The notes below the pieces were generated by a model. That model saw only the letters and a list, made by a program, of their open reading frames with translations. It searched no databases and was not told the DNA's origin. This document shows, piece after piece, positions 1-13,495 of a DNA stretch of 64,000 nucleotides. Numbering within the stretch: the stretch's first letter is position 1; every line of letters starts with the position of its first letter. The translations under genes were made by a program, and so were the position numbers. The DNA lies in the NCBI GenBank assembly GCA_951406725.2, contig OX597816.1, positions 102,114,001 to 102,178,000 on the forward strand, written 5' to 3'. This stretch comes from Octopus vulgaris. Taxonomy: Eukaryota.

Positions 1-155
1 GCATACCACAAGTGTATAGTGCAGATGTATTATATATGTATATTGTGTTGTGTAATCATTGATCATATAATGAGACCAAATCTATGAAACTTATTAACAA
101 CGGCTGCTATGTTCTGCAAAGTTTTGTTTCAATCTTTATTCTGTTTATTATTCAG

Positions 156-230
156 GTTGAGACAGAACCACATGACACTATGGCTTTTATTCTCATGGGA
201 GACTTTCTCTTTGGAAACAACAAAGATGAT
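156..230 (+). CDS. M16C peptidase-like (C05D11.1-like) protein, first exon in window (internal exon)
   Basis: ttcag|GTT...GAT|gtaagt; VETEPHDTMAFILMGDFLFGNNKDD; phase 0/0. Confidence 0.85.
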
Positions 231-1043
231 GTAAGTTGCATTCATATTGTTATACATAAGTATTACACATATTACTCATTTTTCAAATATATTGTATTAT
301 TTCCATTAAGGACAAAGAAGACCATGTGGTCATGAATCAAGTCTTTTCCTTTGAAATCAGTTCTATCAACAGTTTTGGGGAAAACTTAACAGGCATAGAA
401 GTGCCAGCAATTGAACTTATTCAAAATTTCCCCAGGTTAATGAAGCCATTCTGCACACACTCATTCACGTAGCCAGCCACCACTGATTTGTGAACTTGTT
501 GAACAGCTGTTATCACATATAGGATGATTATCACCTATGTCTATTGTCAAGATCAATCTGTTACTTTTCTTTACCAAGGAAGGGCAAAAAAAGTTTTCCT
601 CTGTTTGGTGACTATGACAAAGGAAATTGAATAGTGGATGCAGTCGAAAGGCTAAGGTTAGGGATTTCTACTTTTTAGCCTAGACTTCCAACTTGATGCA
701 TTAAGTTGAAGAGGAAGGTAAGAGTAGAGAGTTTGATAATGCAATGTAGTGTGGTTTATTTATGAAAAAGGGTCACAGAGGTGAATTTGAGATTAAATTG
801 GCCCACTCTGAATTTGAAACTATAAACAAGCAATAAGAAACTGGGTGTGCTGTGAATTAACATAAATTGTTTCCCTACCTATTGGGGACCTATTATCTAT
901 TGTTTTCGTTCATGTTGCTTTCTTTGTATTTAATCTAAACTCCAGTATTTCATATCTTTTTTGTATTGTCTCTGAATCTTTGGTTCAGATAACTAATAAA
1001 AGAAATTATCATCATTTTCATCTTTATCATTTAACAATTCTAG

Positions 1044-1154
1044 CTTGAAATACGTACGAATCCATTGTCTTGTTATGAAGAACTGGATAAGAAACCTGAA
1101 ATGTTCTGGGTCAGTCTGCTTCAGACCTACTGTGTTCAGAATCATAATATTTCT
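1044..1154 (+). CDS. M16C-like protein exon 2 (in window)
   Basis: ttctag|CTT...TCT|gtaagt; LEIRTNPLSCYEELDKKPEMFWVSLLQTYCVQNHNIS; 111 bp. Confidence 0.88.
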
Positions 1155-1716
1155 GTAAGTATTTCTGTGGCTTTTATTGTCATTGCTAGACTATTGGAAC
1201 AGATGTTCATTAATTTGACTCTTACAACAGCTTCTGTTTTGGGGTCATGAATGTATTGGCAATGATTACCTATTGGTATTAGATATTTTGACATCAACAA
1301 AATTTTATTTTATACTACATAACTGATTTTACTAGTTAATTTCTTTGTTACCATGTTATTTTTCTAAACCTAATTAACCCTTTGTTAACATAACATGCCA
1401 ACAGACAAAACTTGGCTTATTACCCTTTAGGGGCAGGTTTGTCTCCATTTACTATTTCATTGTTATACTAGACCCAGCATAGAATTTCATTGTTATACCA
1501 GGTCATGCATTTTATGCATACCTCAGTTTTTCTATATTCACTACTCAGTCCTTGCTATTTTACTCTATACATCTTACAATCATACATGATTAGATACCTT
1601 TTACATGCATCATACAGGTGTCTATATTTCACAGCCACACACTTTGTGTAGTTTTCCTTATTCACTTCCTTTAAATATCACATATCTTAACACACATCTC
1701 TTAACACTAATTTCAG

Positions 1717-1860
1717 ATAATAGCTACACCAAGTAAATCTATGATGAAACAAATGAGTGAGGCTGAACAGAAACGGCTGGATGATCAGAAATCACAATTA
1801 GGAAAGATGGGACTGGATCAAAAAGAAAAGGAGTTGCTTGAGGCCATTGAATCAAATGAG
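1717..1860 (+). CDS. M16C-like protein exon 3
   Basis: tttcag|ATA...GAG|gtaaat; IIATPSKSMMKQMSEAEQKRLDDQKSQLGKMGLDQKEKELLEAIESNE, resembles the M16C hinge helix region. Confidence 0.9.
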
Positions 1861-2394
1861 GTAAATTAGATAATTTTAAACCTGATCTTTCATGGATTAG
1901 TTGATAAAATTGTTTTAGTATAACCTTAGAATGTTCTGGTATGTTTTTGTTTAATGTGGTTGTGTGTAGTATATTATTGATGTGTAACATAGAACTGTTT
2001 TGTATATAAGGTAGTTTGGTGTACAATAGAGTTGTATAATGTCATAGGGAAGTGTAATGTAGTGATAGTGTCAAAGTTTTGTGTAATGTGCTAATGTTGC
2101 AATCAGGTGTAGTTAGTGTAACATTGTAATATAGTATAATGTAATGTTGTAGTTTAGTGTAAAAGTGCAGTTAAGAGTGTAGTTTAGTATAATTTGATGT
2201 AATGTAGCATTGCAGTGTTGTTTGGTGTGCGTGTGTGTTGGGGTGGAGGCATTCAGTTCAACATACCAACTGATCCTTGTGTGCCTCTCACAGAATTTGC
2301 TCTGTTGCAAGTGTTCAAGCCCTGGGTTGCCAGTTTAAAGATACTTTCAACCCAGTTTCAGAGCCCCTGCAAATAATAATTAGTAATTATATTA

Positions 2395-2775
2395 ATGATG
2401 ATGATAAGAAAAGGGTAAAAAGAGTGTATCATCATAGATGTAGCTATATTTGTGGACATGAAGGTAGCAGTCAAAGAACAGGAGAAAATAGGAAAATACC
2501 AGGATTTGGTCAAGGAAATACAACTGTGGTGGGTTTCTATAAAATAATCCCAATTGTAATAGGTACCCTAGATACCATTAACAACAAATTTAGCAGTTCT
2601 CTTATTGAAGTTGGTGTAACTATGAGAGTTGTATTAAGAAATCTGCTCTATTGAGAACAGCAAGGATTGTAAGAAAGGTCCTTGATATCTATGGAAACTG
2701 GTTGTGATCCAGTATCAAGGACATTGATTCTGAATGCAAAGCATTTGTGCACACCATGAATAATAATAAAATAAA
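2395..2775 (+). mobile_element. 3' fragment of an R4/Dong-type (RLE) non-LTR retrotransposon
   Basis: IIDVAI...EQEKIGKYQDL...IIPIVIGTL followed by a (TAA)n-like tail. Confidence 0.65.
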
Positions 2776-3155
2776 TAAAGGGTCATGAACATTGTTTTTT
2801 CCTCCCCCGACTGTGTTAAAAAATATCAGTTTAGTATTATACTAGTGCAATTTAATATAATATAGTTATATTTTATGGTGTAGTGTAATGTTTAAGTTTC
2901 CTTTATTTTAAAAGTTTTTTTATTTATTACATAAATATTTCTCTGTAATTTTGTGTTACAAATGAACTATATTTTGGTATTTTTTTAAATATTTTATCTG
3001 CTGACATAGGTTTGATTCACACATTATACTCATTTTAGGGTCTCTTTCACATATCATCTACAGCTATACTTACATGTTCAAAGGTATTTTAGTCCTCCAA
3101 AAATTTCATTTAAAAGAAATTACATTGTTGTTCAAAATTTTCTTTTCATATCCAG

Positions 3156-3338
3156 ATAAAACCTGAAGATGATATACTTAGCAGTCTTCCTGTGCCTGAC
3201 GTTTCTTGCATCCAGTTCCATCCTTTGCGTCCTTACTGCAACTATCGATCCAAAGACTGCGACAAATCTGATGTGTTCCCCATTGATGATATTCCTTTCA
3301 AGTTTCAGCTTGATGATTTACAAACTAATTTTGTGCAG
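3156..3338 (+). CDS. M16C-like protein exon 4
   Basis: tccag|ATA...CAG|gtcagc; IKPEDDILSSLPVPDVSCIQFHP...FKFQLDDLQTNFVQ; 183 bp. Confidence 0.9.
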
Positions 3339-4834
3339 GTCAGCAGCAAGTTTTTATTTTACTTAAGAGATACTCAACAATTTTCTTATTTTTCATTGTA
3401 ATCCATTCTGCCAGTTGATATTATTCGAAGAAGTCAACATCCAGCAGGTAGCCAATGAGTTGCTGTGATTTATATTTAGAGTGAAATGAAATAGATCCAA
3501 CTGATATTCAAAAACACTATTGTGTTGATTTTGATTTACTGATGTTTCTTGCATCCAGTTTCAATGATGGAAATGATTCCTAACTTTGTGATAGTCACAA
3601 ATTTAGGAGTAAGGTTGAAATCTTTTGGATCAGTCTGGGCCCCAAGAGAGATGAAAGTCAACTGTGAGGAGCTTTAAATTTTGAGTATAAAGAAATGTAA
3701 CAAAGTATTACAGAGCATTTAGTCAAGTGTTCTAGTCTTATACTAGTATTTATTTTATCAGCCCACAAGATGGCAGAAAATGAATGGGAAAGGGGTCAAA
3801 ATCAGAAAATGGAGGATCAAAACTAATTACTGTAAAAAAAATTAAGATATTGTTGACTTGACAATGATTTTTTTATCCCCAATATATTTTTACATACTGA
3901 AATAGACATGAATGTATATGAATTCACTTTGTAACCACATGGCACATAGGACAAGTGCCTTCTACTGTAACATCAGGCCAACCAATACTTTAAACTGGCA
4001 GATAGAAACTGACTGTAATGTGTGTGCATGTGTTTGTTTCCACATGAAACCACTTGACCAGAAATGGTGGCATTATACTGACATTCCTGTAACTCTGTAC
4101 TTTCTAAGACACATTGAATAAAAAAAAATCCCATACTCAGAAAACAGGAAGGTCACTCTATTTTATTGTTATGATTTACACTGCTCTTATGACAGAATAA
4201 AGAAATCAATCGTTATTATGCAACTGCTGGACTAAAGGCTACTGACATGCCAAGTTCACAATGTATTCTTTAAAACTTAGACTTATTAATGTCATTTATT
4301 GATGGAAAAGGCAATAAACATTTCTGAAAAGCATGAGACATTAAGGTTAGTCATAAGAAAAATATAGTCATTTATTCTGGCATTTTGACCTCAGATCATA
4401 TTGTAAGTTCAGATCTTACTGCTATTATTGTGTTGAGGGGTTAGTAGTAGGAAGGACATCCAGCTGTAAAAAAAAAGATCAATTACTCTAAATGGCTAAA
4501 CTTATGCAATCAGGGAAAGCTGAATGTAAAAGAGGAGCAAACTGGCAGAATTGCTTGAATGTAGAGCAAAAAAAACCTTGTGTTTGTTTGACTGATGCCA
4601 CCCTTGCCTTTTATCCTCTAAGGGTTGATAAGACAAAGTACCAATCCAGGACAGTGGATTGACATAATTAGCACTCAGTTTTTGAGTACCCTAATTAAAT
4701 GGTCAAAAAAAAAATTATTACTATGGTAGTGAATTGGTAGAAACTGAGGTTGCTGTTTCCTTTCATTCTTCTGTAGCAATGTCAAAATATTAGAAATGAT
4801 TTCCTTACAACTATTACAATTCTCTTTACTGCAG

Positions 4835-4937
4835 ATAACTGCTGTGTTGGATACTGTGAACATTCCTAAAGAGTTGCGCTACTTTTTACCACTTTACTTA
4901 GAGACTTTGTTTGAAAGTCCTATCCTAAGAAATGGAG
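4835..4937 (+). CDS. M16C-like protein exon 5
   Basis: tgcag|ATA...GGAG|gtaagt; ITAVLDTVNIPKELRYFLPLYLETLFESPILRNG; ends phase 1. Confidence 0.92.
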
Positions 4938-5863
4938 GTAAGTCTTCATATTTATCCATCACTTTGAACATGGCTTAGTCAGGTAGACTAGTGGGGGTAT
5001 CTAGTTGATGATATTGCTTCCACCTAAAACTGCTAATCAGACCAACCTTGTCTTCTTTTTCATTCTCTCCAGTAGTTCCCACTCTTGCTCATTTGCCATT
5101 TCCTCTTCCCTCAATTTTCTGGTTGACTTTTAGAACCAAAGATGAGACAATCTCTTGATATTTCAGGAGCTGTGGTTGGTGGTACCCTTGGAAGAGCAGC
5201 CTTTGTGGCTTGCTGGTGCTGTTTTCCCTTTTAGATTTTCCAGCTCTTTTGGGAAGAAATCCTTTATTGCCATATGTATAACAACAGGAATTTTTGCCTT
5301 GAACAACCAATTTGTAAAACTTTTTCTTTTAACATACACTATAGTGTACAATTCCACAATCATTTTGTACTCTTTTAGGGTAATGAGGGCTAATGTCCAT
5401 AAAGACTTCCCCTACTGATAATTTGTCATTAAAGGTCAAAATAGCAACTTACCCATATCATACTATGAAAGTGACCATGAGCTAAGAGTCAACATCATTA
5501 TCAGTTCCTTATGTTTTTTTGGCATTAGTCTTTGGGCAGGTGTATGTAACACTGCACATGTCTCTTCAATTCATGTACATGATTGATATTTTTACCTTTT
5601 GTTCCACACTAAATTGCATTATAATTGTAATCTACACCGTCTGAAAGGAAACAAAATGAAGGAATGTGAATTATCCAAAACTCCTCCTTCCTCCAGAAAA
5701 ATTCTTCACATCGAATTCTGATATAATCATAACCTATGCCATCTGAAACTTATTTGTAGAAAATTTCATCAAAAAATATCCATTTTTCAAAAAGTTATGA
5801 GGAAACAATGACAAGTTGGTGAGGTACTTTCTGTAGTTATAATAAATAAATGTGCCCTTTTTA

Positions 5864-6099
5864 AAGCCTAGCCAGGCTTGTGGTCCCTGTTTCCCGTTTT
5901 CTTTGGCGTATGTGTTCCCCAGCTGGATGGGACACCCGTCCATCACAGCGTTACTAATTTTTGCCAGCTGAGTGGACTGGAGCAACGTGAAATGAAGTGT
6001 TTCGCTCAAGAACACAACACGTCGCCCAGTCCAGGAATCGAAACCACAATTTTATGATCATGATGCTGAAACCCTAACCACTAAGCCACGCGCCTCCAC
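5864..6099 (-). mobile_element. tRNA-derived SINE
   Basis: Minus strand begins GGAGGCGCGTGGCTTAGTGG (A box) ...GGTTTCGATTCC (B box); related heads at 36200 and 48712. Confidence 0.7.
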
Positions 6100-6204
6100 T
6101 AAAGCAAAGTTAACCTCTGCAGAATTTGAACTCACATAACGGCAGACAAAATACCACTAAGCATTTCGCCCAGCGTGCTAACGTTTCTGCCAGCACGCTG
6201 CCTT
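6100..6204 (-). mobile_element. SINE family A 5' fragment
   Basis: Reverse complement of GCTGGCAGAAACGTTAGCACGC...GAGTTCAAATTC, as at 47499 and 58646. Confidence 0.7.
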
Positions 6205-6772
6205 ACTTCTGTAGTTATGCCCTAAACTTATTTATTGAGTGAGTGATAACTATTAAGTAAATAGAGGATAAAAGGAAAATTTGATATAATGTCAAAAAAT
6301 TACATAAATTAGGAATTGGTGAGAAATATCCAGCTACTAGTAGGAAACTGTTGAGGACAGTCTTTCTGCTAGTAAAATAATAATAATAATAAATAATTAG
6401 ATATTGTCTTAATACTTCTTCCTCAGAACTGTACTCTTCTGAAACTCTTTGGTTATTAATTTGTGACACTTCAAAATAACCATCCACCAATCTAACCAGA
6501 TATTCCAGTCCTTTTCCTTATCTAGTGGTTGGTGGATTAGGATTCCAAAAGGTTAAGGGAACTACCTCTTTGTTTCACAATGATTGATATGCACAAGGAA
6601 CAATAGCTAATGCACACGCACAAACACACACACACACAGCTCTTGAATAGATATGCATGCTTAGGTATATATATGCATATATTCATACATATGCACAGAT
6701 ATACACAAGACATGATTATAATGAAAAATAAGATTGTGGAAAAGTAATGTTTGCTTTGTTTTTGATATTCAG

Positions 6773-6903
6773 AGTTGGTTTCTCACAAGACCATAGTAGC
6801 AGAACTGCAGTCTGACACCTTGGAAAATCATGCTAGTCTTGGTATTGATGGTTCCAAATTCTTCTGTGGTAGCTTTTCTCAGGCTCTTATGATATCACTA
6901 AAG
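6773..6903 (+). CDS. M16C-like protein exon 6
   Basis: ttcag|AG TTG...AAG|gttagt; ELVSHKTIVAELQSDTLENHASLGIDGSKFFCGSFSQALMISLK; phase 1 to 0. Confidence 0.92.
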
Positions 6904-7244
6904 GTTAGTTGCTATCTTTGTCTAAACTGTATTTTGTATTGAACTCAAGTACTTTGATACCAAACTGAAGGCACATTGGTGCTAAAACTTCAATACACAC
7001 GATGCTGCCTTTGTCACATAAGGTGCTTTTGCACTAATCACAAGATACTTCTCTGCTGGTTACAGTACCTCTGTGTTAGTTAAGTTGACTAGCAGTGAAT
7101 TAAAAGACTTAGTGCTGAACAAGGTACTCTGTACTGATCAAAACACTTCACCTATAACTATGGTGCTTCTTTATTGATCATGATGTTATTGAAGATAAAA
7201 GTATTCCCAGTTGAATGTATCCCTTGTCAACATTTCACTTGCAG

Positions 7245-7425
7245 GTTGAACGAGAGAAATACCACAAAGGTGTGCAGTGGATGAAGGAACTGCTTTATAA
7301 AGTGCAATTCACTAAAGACAGACTGAAAATAGGGGCCACAAAGATTGTGAATGATGTTCCTATGTTGAAACGGCGTGGTCCAGCTGTAGTCAGAACTGTT
7401 CTTTATAGCTTGTTGTACAATAGAG
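7245..7425 (+). CDS. M16C-like protein exon 7
   Basis: tgcag|GTT...AGAG|gtttgt; VEREKYHKGVQWMKELLYKVQFTKDRLKIGATKIVNDVPMLKRRG... Confidence 0.92.
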
Positions 7426-8397
7426 GTTTGTAGTTTACTTTTCTTTTACATATGCGTGTGTGTGTATATACCAAATATGCATGCTCTTCTCAGAAAGTTA
7501 TTGTTTCATCATGAGATCAGTTTTAGCATTCATTTTTCATAACCTAATATTGCTTCAGTGACCCCCAGATTTCTTAGAGGCTGCAATACATCCATACTTT
7601 TATTACTGTGGAAGTTATTACTAGTCAGTAATATGACTTTCATGTTTTAAATTGTAGATTAAAAAGTCACTTAATAAAGTATAACACCGCCAGTATGCCA
7701 ACAGAATTAACAAATGCCATTGGAAGTATTTGTTGCACATTTTATAGCTGCAAGCAATTAAGTGTATACATTAGTTGTTAGATGTCTGAGCATTACTGCC
7801 TTCGGTATTTCTTTTGCATTAAATTTGAGCTTAGCTATAGCTTAGCAGTGCTATAGTAAAGCTCTAGCAGCCTATCAAGATTTCCCACTGTTGTCTCCAA
7901 AACTTCAGTCTTGAAATGCAATCTTTGTAAAGCATATCAATAATAGCTGAGTTGTTAAGATGTGGGACTAATTATTACATTATGATTTCATATCTTTTTT
8001 TCCCTTTTTTTTTAATCCCCTAACATTTTGCAAAACTTAGGGTAAAAAGTTTTACTGTACATATATGAATAAAAGTAAGCCTTAGTGGCAACTAGGGAAG
8101 TACGTGTTTTGGTAGTTAAAGGAATTTTTTTTGTAAATGACTTAGAACAAGTCCTTTATTAATGTATGTTATGTGTAGTGACTTAAATGTTACATATAGC
8201 TTTCTATGTTATTTATACCCATCTACATTATGTATAACCAATGTATGTTATCTGTACTCATACGTATCTATCTGCAATTTAAGTATATCCTCCTATGTAT
8301 TATGTATACGTATCTTTATTTTATTTATCTATTTAATGTTGTATGTGCCAAATTATATTAACCACTAACACTACCTTTATTCCTTCTTACCACATAG

Positions 8398-8483
8398 ACT
8401 CCAACATATCGGTTACTAGTATGCTGCGACAGAGCAAGTTCCTCACTGATGTGCTGGCCCAGCTAGACACCAATCCTGATGGT
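8398..8483 (+). CDS. M16C-like protein exon 8
   Basis: catag|AC TCC...GGT|gtgagt; DSNISVTSMLRQSKFLTDVLAQLDTNPDG. Confidence 0.9.
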
Positions 8484-8997
8484 GTGAGTTCACCATTTTC
8501 CATTCTTTCATGTCATGTCTCTTAGAAACATCCTTTTCCTATACATTTATTCTATGTGCTTTTATCTTCCCACCTCAGTCTTCTCTCCATGGCTGAGTTG
8601 GTTCAGAATGATGGGCATAGTCTGTTAAGTGTGAGATTAAAAATGATTAATTTATTTGGTGATTAATTTCTCACTGCAACAACATAGAAGTTCAGTTATT
8701 GCAGGTCCCTCTACTTACTACATTTCTCACAATGCTATTTTATTAGTGATCCTCATCTATGAAAGCATGTATTTTTTCTGCTTTTTAACAATTTTCTGGA
8801 ATAAGGTTATTTGATATGAGTTGATGTATTGTAATTTTTTTATATAGTGGAATAATGTTGTGAACTCTAGTAATTGGTGGCTTCAACATTCCTTTACATC
8901 AAGTAAATGTTCATACTGCAATACCATAACATGTTCCAATAATTTCATATAAAAAAAATCTTGCTTTTAAATGTCTTTTTTCTATTTTCATCTAAAG

Positions 8998-9161
8998 GTC
9001 ATTGAGAAAATGGAGAAACTTCGTTCAGTTTTGACGAAGGGTGATAATTTGTGTATCCATATGACTGCTAACCTGAAGTTGTTGAAACTTGATGTGCCAC
9101 CAGAGCAGCCATGGAAAACATTTATACCTGACTCTTGTGAACAATGTACTGACAAATCAAG
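8998..9161 (+). CDS. M16C-like protein exon 9
   Basis: ctaaag|GTC...TCAAG|gtaaca; VIEKMEKLRSVLTKGDNLCIHMTANL...PWKTFIP; ends phase 2. Confidence 0.9.
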
Positions 9162-9339
9162 GTAACATTCTGGCCTATTTATTACTAATGTTTTTCTCCT
9201 CTGTATCAACCCTGTGCTTATTGAGAAAGAGGATTGTGATATGTACTGCAGATTAAACCCTCTCCCTACCAGGGATGTTCAAGAGATGAATCCCTAATTC
9301 TTAACAAAAAGCCATGATGTTGCATCTTGGAGATAATCT

Positions 9340-10189
9340 CAAGTATCGATCTGGTATCGGACAAGGATTCTGGATTATTTGTTATATTTACTATACATAT
9401 GATCTTACATTGACTTCCAAATATCTCTCTGATTATCTCCCTTGAAAGCACGCTCATTGTTTCCATGTAAGTTATGGCGGCGTTGCTGTTTCCAAAGTTT
9501 TATTTTACTCGCGTCTCTATCTTACTAGAAATTGATGGATAAAGAAATCAAGCTACATAAACAAACGACAACAAAACGTTCAGAAATTAAATAACACTAA
9601 CATATTCAGTAACCATAATAAATTTAATTTATCCTTGACAATTTTTAGTTTTACCTATTTTGAATATATCACTCCTGTTTAAAACCTCTTACCTACTTGT
9701 CAACTGCATTTCTAGCTCTGCCTTGAAGGATGCTTTGCTTCTTGGACTCATGTTTTTGTGTACAACGAGGTTGTTAAAAGCACTGTATGCAGGTCCTTTC
9801 TGTTTTCTTTCATGCACAGAAATTTTTCTCTATAGACCTTAATGGTCGTAAAGACACTATATCAGTGAAGAGACTAAAAAAGGCCTTCACAGTGAAAACT
9901 CCCTGTTCCCTCTGCAAACGACACGCACAGAATTACAAACACGGCCCGCACACCCACCTTCATATTCCATGACTACCACTGAGATCGATCAGGAACTGGA
10001 AAAGGATTCTGGATTATTTTTCTGGCTTTTTTACTTAATTGTTGAGAGCGGTCAGGTTCACTTTTAGTATTCTTATTTGTGAGAGCAGTTTAGTATATTT
10101 CAGGTATTCTTGTTTTAAAAATCATCTCCAGCTAATCATTGAGAGGACATTGATGTTGCCTTGGCGGAGGTTTGCGCTCTCTGAGTGCT
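9340..10189 (+). mobile_element. Helentron-associated non-autonomous element (HINE/DINE-like), putative
   Basis: CpG-richer block; repeated ATCGATC..GGA.AAGGATTCTGGATTATTTT (~9345 and ~9983); ends CCTTGGCGGAGGTTTGCGCTCTCTGAGTGCT, resembling a HINE subterminal motif (recalled). Confidence 0.5.
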
Positions 10190-10356
10190 CCTTCTCCTCC
10201 TCCTCCTCCGCCACATCATCATCATCATTATTAGGATTGTTGGTACCTATGTTAAAACTTACTTTTTATTAAATCTTTTGTTTCTAATTTTTATTCTTAA
10301 ATTTAAGAATAAAAATTAGAACCGATTACAAATTTTTATTTTGTATTTTTCTGTAG

Positions 10357-10593
10357 ACCCTTCTTAAGGCGCACATCAGAGTATATCCAGCCACTTGAGG
10401 CAATTCCCAATCCACATGTGATTATCGGTATCGGTTCAGAAGAATCTGCTTACCTCTACCTTACCGTGCCTGTACAAATATCCTATGACAACCCAGATCT
10501 GGCAATTCTTATGGTTCTGCTACAGTATCTCACTCTTTGCGAGGGCCCAATGTGGAAGCAGATTAGAGGCTTGGGTCTTTCCTACAGTTATAA
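10357..10593 (+). CDS. M16C-like protein exon 10 (carries the IRxxGxxY motif)
   Basis: ctgtag|A CCC...TATAA|gtaagt; ...[10 protein letters not shown]...[17 protein letters not shown], equivalent to the M16C C-terminal IRxKGGAYG motif. Confidence 0.95.
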
Positions 10594-11655
10594 GTAAGTA
10601 CAACTATTTTTAAATAACAAGACCAAAATAAAAAATAATTGGAGGTTGAAATGCTGCCCTACTTGACCAGACTGAAGTACATAGTTCAGTGTTAAGATTC
10701 CTCTCCTTCATAGTTGAATGGTTAGAAATGTCATCTGTGAAAACAATTGTTCCAACAATAATGCAAACTGGTCTTACCAGAAGCAGTTCTCAGTGGTCAC
10801 ATTTACTCAGCTCTAAATAGTTACCATAGGCATAATTCCTTTCAGTTTTAGTAGTGTTGTAATGACAATTGGTTTGTCAGCTTGCAAGTGACAAGTCTTA
10901 ATCCTTCCTAGGGAAAAAGGCTACCCTATCCAGGCTTAGATTTGTTTGTTTCTTATCTACTTAATGCTACACAAACTAGACATAAGCACCAACTCCCTGT
11001 ATAATTGAGATTTTAAAAAAACAAACATATGAAGATTTATGGAAAAGTACAAAAAAGTTGCTTGACATGTAATTAAAGCTCTTCTTTTTTGTCACACTCT
11101 GTGCCATGCTGAATCTCCCTGAGACCTCCATTAAGGGTATGTGTGTCTGGAGTGCTCAGCCACTAGCACATTAAACTGGAACCCTCATCATCATAACTGG
11201 AGTGCTAATATTGACATTTCTCATACATTCATGTTGACTATGCTTTGAATGATGACTAAAAAGCACATCTTGCTATGAAATCAATGAAGAAACTCACTTT
11301 TGTTACTTGGCCTGCTAGCAGTGGCAGCCATTTTCTACTGATTTTAAAAAAGAGGACAAATACAATACTTCAATGTAAAATTTGAAGGCTGAATATTGTG
11401 CAAAATTGGTGTAAAATCAACACATAGAATGCCTTTTAGTTGAAACTTCCTTATATTTTTGAAGGTCTAATTTAGGGTTGAGTGTAGAATAACATTTAAA
11501 CTGTAAATTGCACATATGTAAATTATGTAAGTGAATTGTCAGAATTAAAACTCTAGTTTATCAATCTCTTTTTACATTGACACTTAGCTCAGTATATGTA
11601 TATATCTTGTTGTATCCTGTAAATCTAATGTATTTTGTGGTTTTTATGTACACAG

Positions 11656-11749
11656 TATGACAATAAATGAAGAGTCTGGTTTGTTGTGTCTGGTTCTCGG
11701 CCAATCTGTTAACTTAATAGAATCTTTTAAAATGGCACAGAATATAGTG
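11656..11749 (+). CDS. M16C-like protein exon 11
   Basis: cacag|T ATG...GTG|gtaagc; MTINEESGLLCLVLGQSVNLIESFKMAQNIV. Confidence 0.9.
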
Positions 11750-12376
11750 GTAAGCATCTTTTTTTTTTTATTCTTTTTCTTTTACCTTTCAATACTATAA
11801 CTGACTTTGTAAGATATTGCACTAGACCAGCTCACAGGTCTTATTTAATTCTTCTGTAATGTATTCTATAGTCTATTGTTCAGAGTTTAGTGTCTTTAAT
11901 TCAAAACACCTTGCTTCACCTAGCTGCCAAGCTTGACTTACAGATTATCGAGAAATGTTATTTGCAATAGATTAATATGTTTATCCTGAGGAAAATGAGC
12001 TCAGTCACTTAACTTTATGAAACTGCATTGGTTGTGAACCCTCTAAAATAATTTACTATTGTTGTTGAGAGAGCATAAGCAATAGGTGATTTGTTTTGGT
12101 TTGTTACAGATACCCTTTTTTGAATTATTAGTTTTCATCAACTCATTTCAGACGAAAATTGAAAAAAAAAAAAATTAAACCTTAGCAAAGTTTGAAGCTG
12201 TAGTTATTATAGTACAGAATATCTCATCTGCTGTTCTGCCATTTTGAAGCTCAGATCCTTACACTTACAGAATGCCTCTTACACTTTTGTGATGTTATCA
12301 ATATTAGACTAAACTGTTATATTATTTGTGCTGCAACACTTCTTGTTTGTGTCTGTGAAAAACACTTCATTACATA

Positions 12377-12889
12377 CAAGGTGTGATCAAAACTATCAGG
12401 ACTGTTGCTATGGTAACTGAGCTAAAGTACACTGAATGAAATTGCTTGACACAGATTGACCATACATGCACTCTTACGTTCTGTTATTTATAGCAGTGCT
12501 TGTAAGAAAAGTGTGTAGAGAGTGGTCATATCAAAAAGATCAGATTTCAGCTGCACAGGATCTCCTTGACTGTGTCAATGAAGATGGAAATGGTCATAAC
12601 AGGTGATGAATCATTGGGCTATGGCTATAACCCTGAAACCAAGGCTCAGCCTTTACAGTGGAGGACCCCAACAAGATTTTAGGATGTCAAAGAAATCAGG
12701 AGAATGCAATGAGATAGCTGCTTGCTTATCCTAAAAATGGAGTTTGAGGAATATTTTCATCAATGGAAACAATGCTGGATGTAGTGGCTTCTGAATGGGA
12801 CTACTTCAAAGGAAATTAAATACTGAATTGATATATGTTGTAGTTTTCTTCTTATTACACTAGTCTCAATACGATTTGATCAGACTTCG
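12377..12889 (+). mobile_element. Internally deleted mariner element
   Basis: TA flanks; imperfect TIRs CAAGGTGTGATCAAAACTATC / CGAAGTCTGATCAAATCGTAT; remnants VITGDESLGYGYNPETKAQ and C-terminal DYFKGN*. Confidence 0.85.
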
Positions 12890-13004
12890 TATTTCTATCT
12901 CCACATTACGAAAATGTTGTACCAAACAGCATAAAAAAACTGAAGCTATTCTTAATTTATTACCAGAAGTTTTATTCTGTAATTCTGTTTGATTTTCTTT
13001 CCAG

Positions 13005-13165
13005 ATGAGTTACATACTTGGTGAATCTCCCTATATTGAGTTAGAGTTGGAGAGTGCTCGCAGTAGTCTGATCTTCGAAATAATTAATCAAGAGAAGACT
13101 ACTTTTGATGCTTCCATGGCTTCACTAAAGTCATACCTGAAAAGAGTTGACCACAACTACAACAG
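13005..13165 (+). CDS. M16C-like protein exon 12
   Basis: ttccag|ATG...AACAG|gtaaga; ...LESARSSLIFEIINQEKT...YLKRVDHNYNR. Confidence 0.92.
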
Positions 13166-13273
13166 GTAAGAGAAGTCACTTTGTTCACTTGATTGTCACA
13201 GGGACAGATTTTCTAACAAGTTTGTTTTTCTGTTTCCATTTTCAAATTGATGAAATATTTTTCGTAAACTTAA

Positions 13274-13495
13274 TCCTTTTGTTACTGTATTTATTTTGAG
13301 ATGCTCTATGTTTCTTTCAATTATTTTAAATAAAACAAAGAATTTAGAAAAAATAACTTAGTTATCATTAATCTAGTGTTAGGAACATAAATTGTGGCTA
13401 AGGTTTGGTGGAAGATTTTAATTCAAAACTTATGAAAACAAGACATTTGTACTACAGAGCCAGAGCCGGTTTTGGCCGGGTTGGTAATGAAAGGG
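13274..13495. mobile_element. piggyBac-like MITE
   Basis: TTAA|TCCTTTTGTTAC...GGTAATGAAAGGG|TTAA. Confidence 0.75.
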
